NCBI GenBank assembly: GCA_943788195.1
Contig: CALSPH010000002.1
Span: 526,004 to 590,003 of the forward strand
DNA length: 64,000 nt
DNA from: an uncultured Bacteroidia bacterium
GTDB taxonomy: Bacteria > Bacteroidota > Bacteroidia > NS11-12g > UBA955
Direction of reading: 5' to 3'
The stretch's first letter is position 1. Every line of letters begins with the position of its first letter. The notes beneath the pieces are model-generated. The model was not told the origin of the DNA, ran no database searches, and saw only the letters and a program-made list of their open reading frames with translations. Below are positions 58,512 through 64,000 of the stretch, one piece after another. The position numbers and the translations under genes were made by a program.

Positions 58512-59156
58512 ATGGAATTTTTACCTACAAATATAGAGCAGTACACAGAAAATCATACGCAAGCAGAAAGCAATCTGTTAAACGACCTAAATAGAGACAC
58601 GAACTTAAATGTGCTACAACCTCGCATGTTAAGTGGCCATGTTCAAGGCAGGATATTAAGCATGTTCAGCAAAATGATTCGACCCAATTGCATATTGGAG
58701 ATTGGGACTTATACAGGCTATGCTGCATTGTGTATGGCTGAAGGGCTTACCAAAACAGGAGAACTTCACACCATTGACAATAACGAAGAACTGGAAAAAC
58801 GAATCACCAAATACTTTGATGCATCCGATTATTCGGGTCAATTGCATTTTCATATTGGCGATGCACTGGATATCATTCCTGCATTAAATATCAAACCCGA
58901 TTTGACCTTTATTGATGCCGATAAAGAAAACTACTTGAATTACTATAAGTTAATCATCGACCAATTGGATTCAGGTTCATTCATCATTGCAGACAATGTG
59001 CTCTGGAGCGGTAAAGTAACGGACGAAGAAATTCGAATGAATGACGAAGAAACCAAAGCCTTGCATACATTCAACGAATTCATCCACCAAGATGAGCGGG
59101 TTGAAAACGTATTGTTTCCTGTACGAGATGGCTTGATGGTGATCAGAAAGAAGTAA
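58512..59156 (+). CDS. Class I SAM-dependent O-methyltransferase (caffeoyl-CoA OMT-like)
   Basis: ILEIGTYTGYAAL SAM-binding motif and FIDADKENY motif. 214 aa. Confidence 0.85.
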   Translation: MEFLPTNIEQYTENHTQAESNLLNDLNRDTNLNVLQPRMLSGHVQGRILSMFSKMIRPNCILEIGTYTGYAALCMAEGLTKTGELHTIDNNEELEKRITKYFDASDYSGQLHFHIGDALDIIPALNIKPDLTFIDADKENYLNYYKLIIDQLDSGSFIIADNVLWSGKVTDEEIRMNDEETKALHTFNEFIHQDERVENVLFPVRDGLMVIRKK

Positions 59157-59157
59157 G

Positions 59158-59175
59158 GCCTTATTAAATTAAGGC
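59158..59175. terminator. Weak AT-rich hairpin between convergent genes (possible bidirectional terminator)
   Basis: GCCTTA-ttaaat-TAAGGC, a 6-bp stem, lies in the 32-bp spacer between the methyltransferase and htpG stops. Confidence 0.25.
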
Positions 59176-59188
59176 ATTGTTGTGCGAC

Positions 59189-60997
59189 TTACAGATTCTT
59201 CTGTTCTTCTTGTAGAAAGGCGTGTAATTTCTCACCAATCAATAATCCAGCACTTAGTAATGCTAAATTAATGGCTTTTTGAATTACTTTACTTTGTGCT
59301 TTGCCTTTCGCTTCCAAAATCGCTTTCCCTTTCTTATGATTGGAGTTCACTACTAATTTGTATTCCGTAGGCAGGTTGCCAAACATGGCTTGACCCCCGG
59401 TGCGGCTCATTTCACGCATTCTACGCATAAACTCATCTTCGGTTACCGATACCAATGGCGTGCTTGGAGAAAGTGCCTCTGTACTGATTTTGTATTCCGT
59501 TTGATCTTTCACGGCTTTTTCAAAAACAGTGGTCAGCTTCTTTACATCATCTTCCGATAAAGTGGTTTCAATGGTTTCGCCTTTATCGACCAATTTATCA
59601 ATGGGCGCTGCATCGATTCGCTTGCATTTGGTCTTTTCGAATTTTTGCTCAATGTAGTTGTGAATATGGCTGTCCAATACCCCATCAAAAATGGCCACTT
59701 TGTATCCCATTTCTTTGGCCGCTTGAATTTGAGAATATTGAATATCCTTATGATTGGCATACAATAAAATGGTATCGCCATCTTTATCGGTTTGGTTGGT
59801 TTTGAGTTGTTCAATAAACTCACCCAACACACTCAACTTGCCTTCTTCGTCTTTTACCAAGCAAAACCCGTTGGCTTTCTCCGCAAACTTTTCGTCACTT
59901 AGCATTCCGTATTTTACGAATACATCCATGTACTCCCATTTGCTTTCGAATTCTTCGCGTTGATTTTTAAATATGCTGGCCAATTTATCAGCTACTTTCT
60001 TTGTGATATGCGAAGTGATTTTCTTCACCGCACCATCCGACTGTAAGCTACTTCTGCTTACGTTCAAGGGGATATCTGGCGAATCAATTACACCGTGCAA
60101 TAGGGTTAAGAATTCAGGTAAAATATCCTTTACACTATCCGTAACATACACCTGATTGCTATACAATTGTACTTTGTGCTTTTCAGCCTCTATGGCATCC
60201 TTAATTTTTGGGAAATACAAAATCCCCGTAAGGTTAAATGGATAGTCCACATTTAGGTGAATCCAAAACAAAGGCGGCTCTGCCATTGGATACAGCTTGG
60301 AATAGAATTCAGTGTATTCCTCATCTGTAATTTTGGTTGGAGACTGAAGCCAAAGGGGTTTCGTCTCATTGATGTTCTTTTCATCAAAGTAGATGGGAAT
60401 TGGCAAGAACTTACAATATTTGTCCAACAAGTTGTTGATGCGTGCTTTAGCGGCAAACTCATTTGAATCCTCGCTAATATGTAAGATGATATCCGTTCCT
60501 CTTTCTTTTCTTTTTCCTTTTTTAATGCTAAAGCTGGTACTTCCATCGCAAGTCCAATGGGCTGGAATTGCATCTTCTTGATGCGACAAGGTTTGAATCT
60601 CAACTTTATCCGCTACCATAAAGGCCGAATAGAACCCTAGACCAAAATGGCCAATGATATCGGTATCTGCTTTGTCTTTATATTTTTCTACAAATTCTTC
60701 GGCCCCAGAAAATGCCAATTGATTGATGTATTTCTCAATCTCAGCTTCGGTCATTCCGATCCCATTATCTGAAATAGTTAAGGTTTTCTTTTTTTCATCC
60801 AGAGCAACGGTGATTGTTAATTCCCCTATTTCGCCTTTCACTTCACCCATGGAGGACAAGGCTTTTAGTTTCTTACATGCATCGGTTGCATTGGAAACCA
60901 ACTCACGTAAAAAGATCTCATGATCGCTGTAAAGAAACTTCTTAATAATTGGAAAGATGTTTTCCGTGTTTACTGATATACTTCCTTTTGTTGCCAT
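59189..60997 (-). CDS. htpG: Molecular chaperone HtpG (Hsp90)
   Basis: GHKL ATPase motifs ELVSNATDA, DNGIGM and GHFGLGFYSAF. 602 aa. Confidence 0.95.
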   Translation of the reverse strand: MATKGSISVNTENIFPIIKKFLYSDHEIFLRELVSNATDACKKLKALSSMGEVKGEIGELTITVALDEKKKTLTISDNGIGMTEAEIEKYINQLAFSGAEEFVEKYKDKADTDIIGHFGLGFYSAFMVADKVEIQTLSHQEDAIPAHWTCDGSTSFSIKKGKRKERGTDIILHISEDSNEFAAKARINNLLDKYCKFLPIPIYFDEKNINETKPLWLQSPTKITDEEYTEFYSKLYPMAEPPLFWIHLNVDYPFNLTGILYFPKIKDAIEAEKHKVQLYSNQVYVTDSVKDILPEFLTLLHGVIDSPDIPLNVSRSSLQSDGAVKKITSHITKKVADKLASIFKNQREEFESKWEYMDVFVKYGMLSDEKFAEKANGFCLVKDEEGKLSVLGEFIEQLKTNQTDKDGDTILLYANHKDIQYSQIQAAKEMGYKVAIFDGVLDSHIHNYIEQKFEKTKCKRIDAAPIDKLVDKGETIETTLSEDDVKKLTTVFEKAVKDQTEYKISTEALSPSTPLVSVTEDEFMRRMREMSRTGGQAMFGNLPTEYKLVVNSNHKKGKAILEAKGKAQSKVIQKAINLALLSAGLLIGEKLHAFLQEEQKNL

Positions 60998-61095
60998 AAT
61001 TTAATTGTCTATTTCAACAAGCCTAATCAAACAGTATGCCCTATGGCTTTTCTTGACAAAATGTCAGACTTCCAGGTAAAAAACAGCCGGATAGC

Positions 61096-61125
61096 GCAAA
61101 ACCTACCGCAACAACAGTAGGTTTT
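61096..61125. other. Perfect 10-bp inverted repeat (hairpin) in the htpG / response-regulator intergenic region
   Basis: CAAAACCTAC (61096-61105) pairs with GTAGGTTTTG (61116-61125) across a 10-nt loop. Confidence 0.5.
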
Positions 61126-61329
61126 GTCTTCATAGCATACCCCTCAGGGCAATTATCGCTTAACCAAAAGCAATACATCAAAGTTGGAGCATATAGAATT
61201 AGGATACAATAACTAAAATGCGCTATGCCCCTGTAATCCAGAAAACCTACCCATCCGATCGGTCTGTTTTTTTTCATCAGTTTAAATTCTTAAATTCGTT
61301 CGATTCTTGAAAAATACTTACCAAAGACT

Positions 61330-61980
61330 ATGAACACCCATAATGAGATTACTATAATTATTTACGAAGGCAAATACGATTTTGCAGAAACCTTCAAATG
61401 TTTTATCGATACTCAGGAGGGCTATGACTGCCCTGCGTACTTGTTGACCCCACATAACATTTTAGAAGATCTAAAGGCTCACCAACCCGACATCATCTTT
61501 ATGGATATCAATATATCACCGCAGAAGTGCATTGAATCCTTGCGTAAAATCCGATTGGATCAATCGGACATCCCGGTGATCATGCTTTCACATACACAGG
61601 ATTATGATGATGCAAACATTATTGAGTATATCAAGAATGGTGCGCACGGTTTTATTGCCAAAGCGCATACCCAGGAAAGCGTCATCACCGCAATTGAGGA
61701 AGTGCTGCAGGGTGGGGTTTATATTACTCCAAACATTGCCAAGCAAATATTCAGAATCCTGCAGTCCGTTCCAATTGTGAATGAAGCCAGAAATTTAAGC
61801 TACCGGGAGACCGAAATTCTGGAAAAACTGAGTAAGGGATTGAGCTATAAATTAATCGCTGATGTATTGGATATTTCAAGACATACCGTAAATGCTCATC
61901 TCCGAAAGATCTATTCTAAATTGCACGTGCATTCGGCAACCGAGGCGGTTTCTTTCTATTTGAACGAGAAAAACAATTAA
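61330..61980 (+). CDS. LuxR/NarL-family response regulator (REC + HTH), no adjacent kinase
   Basis: Receiver features: DIIFMDINISP (phospho-Asp), VIMLSH and GAHGFIAKA. C-terminal LuxR HTH: LSYRETEILEKLSKGLSYKLIADVLDISRHTVNAHLRKIYSKL. Confidence 0.88.
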   Translation: MNTHNEITIIIYEGKYDFAETFKCFIDTQEGYDCPAYLLTPHNILEDLKAHQPDIIFMDINISPQKCIESLRKIRLDQSDIPVIMLSHTQDYDDANIIEYIKNGAHGFIAKAHTQESVITAIEEVLQGGVYITPNIAKQIFRILQSVPIVNEARNLSYRETEILEKLSKGLSYKLIADVLDISRHTVNAHLRKIYSKLHVHSATEAVSFYLNEKNN

Positions 61981-61986
61981 GTCTTT

Positions 61987-62478
61987 TCAATTCGTGTAAA
62001 ACTCAAAATAAATGAGAAGGATATAGACGTATCCCAATTGCGTAGCGCTCAGCAAAGATAAAATGGCCAAGGGCAACATGAGCAAGCGATAGCCCCATTT
62101 TTGTTGTTTATTACTTGAATATTCAGCTAAAGTTTTCCATCCTTGTTTGATGATTTCAAAACGAGGTAAAGCATGCGCACCCAAGGATACCGCAAGCCAA
62201 ACCATAATCAGTTCAACGACCCAATGCATTTTGAGGTCTGCAATTTCTAAGCAACTGATGGCAAAACCTTGAAGCAATATCAATTGCCACCACAAACTAA
62301 AATAGTATTTCCGAAATAGATCCGGCATTTGAATCGCTATGGGCTGTTCCAATAAATCAAACGGCTCAAATTGCTCCAATTCCACCGCATGTTTCTGAAA
62401 AATGGCTTTCTTAAAAAAGTTGGATGCAATAAATCCGGGGTAGGATAGAAATTTTAATACAGGACCAGGGATGAACAT
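61987..62478 (-). CDS. Hypothetical membrane protein (163 aa)
   Basis: 3-4 hydrophobic segments. No family recognised. Lies 6 nt after the acs stop on the same strand. Confidence 0.5.
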   Translation of the reverse strand: MFIPGPVLKFLSYPGFIASNFFKKAIFQKHAVELEQFEPFDLLEQPIAIQMPDLFRKYYFSLWWQLILLQGFAISCLEIADLKMHWVVELIMVWLAVSLGAHALPRFEIIKQGWKTLAEYSSNKQQKWGYRLLMLPLAILSLLSATQLGYVYILLIYFEFYTN

Positions 62479-62484
62479 AATGCC

Positions 62485-64000
62485 TTAGGCCATGATTTGG
62501 ATAATATCCTTCACACAATCTGGATTGAGTAAGGTAGAAATATCTCCCAAAGCATCTGTTTCCCCCGCAGCAATTTTTCGCAATATTCTACGCATGATTT
62601 TACCACTTCGGGTTTTGGGTAAGGCGGTAACAAAAACCACTTGCTCGGGTTTCGAAATCGGACCCAGTCGGTCACTCACAAATTGTTTCACTTCCTTTTC
62701 CGTCAGGTCTTCTGCACATAAATAAGCGCAAATGGCATTGCCTTTAATGGCATGCGGATAACCCACCACGGCTGCTTCAATTACTTGTGGCAACTCATCA
62801 ATGCAATCCTCAATTTCTGCAGTACCCAAATTATGGCCACTCACAATCACCACATCATCCATGCGGCCGGTAATGCGATAATTGCCTTGGGCATCACGTC
62901 TTGCTCCATCCCCTGTAAAGTAATACCCCGGATACGTGCTATAATAGGTCTCTACAAAGCGTTGATGATTTCCATAAATAGTTCGTGCCATGCCGGGCCA
63001 AGCTGCTTTAATGCAAAGCGCGCCCTCGGCCTCCATTTCATTTATTTCTGTATTATGGGTGTCCATTAAGGCGAGTTGTACGCCAGGCAGCGGCAGGGTA
63101 GCCATGGTTGGAATTGCAGGAGTAACCCCTGCTAGGTTCGAAATCATGATGCCGCCCGTTTCCGTTTGCCACCAAGTATCTACAATGGGGCAATTGCCCT
63201 TCCCAATGTGTTCATCATACCAACGCCAAGCTTCCTCATTGATGGGCTCTCCTACCGTACCTAAAACGCGTAGGCTGCTTAAATCATATTGATTCACCAA
63301 TGCCAAATCGCAGGTGGCCAAAGAACGAATGGCAGTGGGTGCCGTATAAAAGATATTTACCTTGTGCTTTTCAACGATTTCCCAAAACTTACCCATATCT
63401 GGATAACTGGGCGTGCCTTCAAACATAAGTGTGGTTGCTCCTGCACTCAAGGGTCCATATAAAATGTAACTGTGCCCGGTAATCCAGCCAATATCTGCCG
63501 TACACCAATAGACATCATCCCGCCTGCATTGAAATACATTCAAAAACGAATAGGTGGTATACACCATATACCCTGCGGAACTGTGCACCATCCCTTTGGG
63601 TTTGCCCGTACTGCCTGAAGTGTAGAGAATAAATAGCTTATCTTCTGCATCCATGATTTCTGCTGGACAATCCGTGGTTTGCTTTTCAAATTGATCATGC
63701 CACCAGATGTCTCGACTGGCATTCCATTCAATATCCGATTGGGTGCGTTGTACCACCAATACTTTTTCAACACAATCGCATTGCGCCAAGGCTTCATCCG
63801 CAATTTTTTTGAGTGGGGTAATCTTGTTTCCGCGGAATCCTCCATCTGCGGTAATCACCCATTTGCAGGATGCGTCATTGATGCGATCAGCGAGGGATTG
63901 CGCACTGAAGCCCGCAAAAACTACCGAATGAATGGCTCCTATTCTAGCGCAAGCCAATACGGAAAATGCCAACTCGGGAACCATAGGCAGGTACATACAG
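62485..64000 (-). CDS. acs: Acetyl-CoA synthetase (AMP-forming), 5'-truncated by the window edge
   Basis: YMPMVPE...LACARIGAIHSVVFAGFS, AMP-binding motif YTSGSTGKPKG, and ...TRSGKIMRRILRKIA. The frame stays open to the window end, and about 130 N-terminal residues are missing. Confidence 0.95.
   Translation of the reverse strand, partial: CMYLPMVPELAFSVLACARIGAIHSVVFAGFSAQSLADRINDASCKWVITADGGFRGNKITPLKKIADEALAQCDCVEKVLVVQRTQSDIEWNASRDIWWHDQFEKQTTDCPAEIMDAEDKLFILYTSGSTGKPKGMVHSSAGYMVYTTYSFLNVFQCRRDDVYWCTADIGWITGHSYILYGPLSAGATTLMFEGTPSYPDMGKFWEIVEKHKVNIFYTAPTAIRSLATCDLALVNQYDLSSLRVLGTVGEPINEEAWRWYDEHIGKGNCPIVDTWWQTETGGIMISNLAGVTPAIPTMATLPLPGVQLALMDTHNTEINEMEAEGALCIKAAWPGMARTIYGNHQRFVETYYSTYPGYYFTGDGARRDAQGNYRITGRMDDVVIVSGHNLGTAEIEDCIDELPQVIEAAVVGYPHAIKGNAICAYLCAEDLTEKEVKQFVSDRLGPISKPEQVVFVTALPKTRSGKIMRRILRKIAAGETDALGDISTLLNPDCVKDIIQIMA

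Noticed and set aside
61186-61231. tRNA-like beginning on the minus strand (GGGGCATAGCGCA...) with a 7-bp acceptor-like stem.
   Set aside because: Only 32 nt lie between the two stem halves, which is too short for D, anticodon and T arms. There is no GTTCRA T-loop. It is a plain hairpin.
61041-61277. 78-aa minus-strand ORF in the htpG / response-regulator spacer.
   Set aside because: It has no recognisable family and an odd Cys/Trp/Tyr-rich composition. It spans the hairpins that better explain the region. It is kept only as a remote possibility under the spacer finding.

Overview
This 64-kb window looks like core chromosome from a low-GC Bacteroidota genome. Three things support that assignment: a T9SS type-B C-terminal sorting domain on a giant adhesin, repeated TAnnTTTG -7 promoter boxes with short or no leaders, and a dcw cluster without murF or ddl. 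All calls come from motif recognition in the supplied translations and from hand reading of the DNA; no database search was run.

Content, left to right:
- A 3'-truncated polytopic membrane protein that is missing from the ORF track.
- A fused 2-oxoacid dehydrogenase E1 alpha/beta gene.
- The complete dcw cluster on the minus strand: mraZ-rsmH-ftsL-ftsI-murE-mraY-murD-ftsW-murG-murC-ftsQ-ftsA-ftsZ (3.5-18.4 kb).
- Two small unknown ORFs, pterin-4a-carbinolamine dehydratase, a tandem Usp protein and a GT-C-like membrane protein.
- A lipoyl-E2 gene facing a tight trio of NifS-like PLP enzyme, LipB and a membrane-anchored GltS-like FMN protein.
- A LemA-TPM-TPM triad.
- An ORF-free spacer holding a candidate structured sRNA.
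- asnS and rpoN, divergent.
- A 1514-aa PKD-rich T9SS adhesin followed by a 658-aa beta-barrel.
- DUF2851 and pyrF.
- A beta-barrel plus Omp28-like CxxC lipoprotein pair, xerD, and two more lipoproteins (one thioredoxin-like).
- A housekeeping run: thioesterase, pth, an L,D-transpeptidase-like protein, a LolE-like permease, a cupin, pdxA and pepA.
- A four-gene ABC-transporter-dependent glycan module.
- An EI24/CysZ-like protein, an O-methyltransferase, htpG, an orphan LuxR-type response regulator, a small membrane protein and a 5'-truncated acs.

I found no rRNA, tRNA, CRISPR array, transposase or prophage signature, and no recognisable defence genes. I do not see a clear-cut novel multi-gene system. 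The most interesting items are the sRNA candidate (28.95-29.15 kb), the NifS-like/LipB/GltS-like operon, the type-B-CTD adhesin with a non-canonical barrel partner, the LemA-TPM triad and the compact glycan module. All of these are moderate-interest hypotheses.
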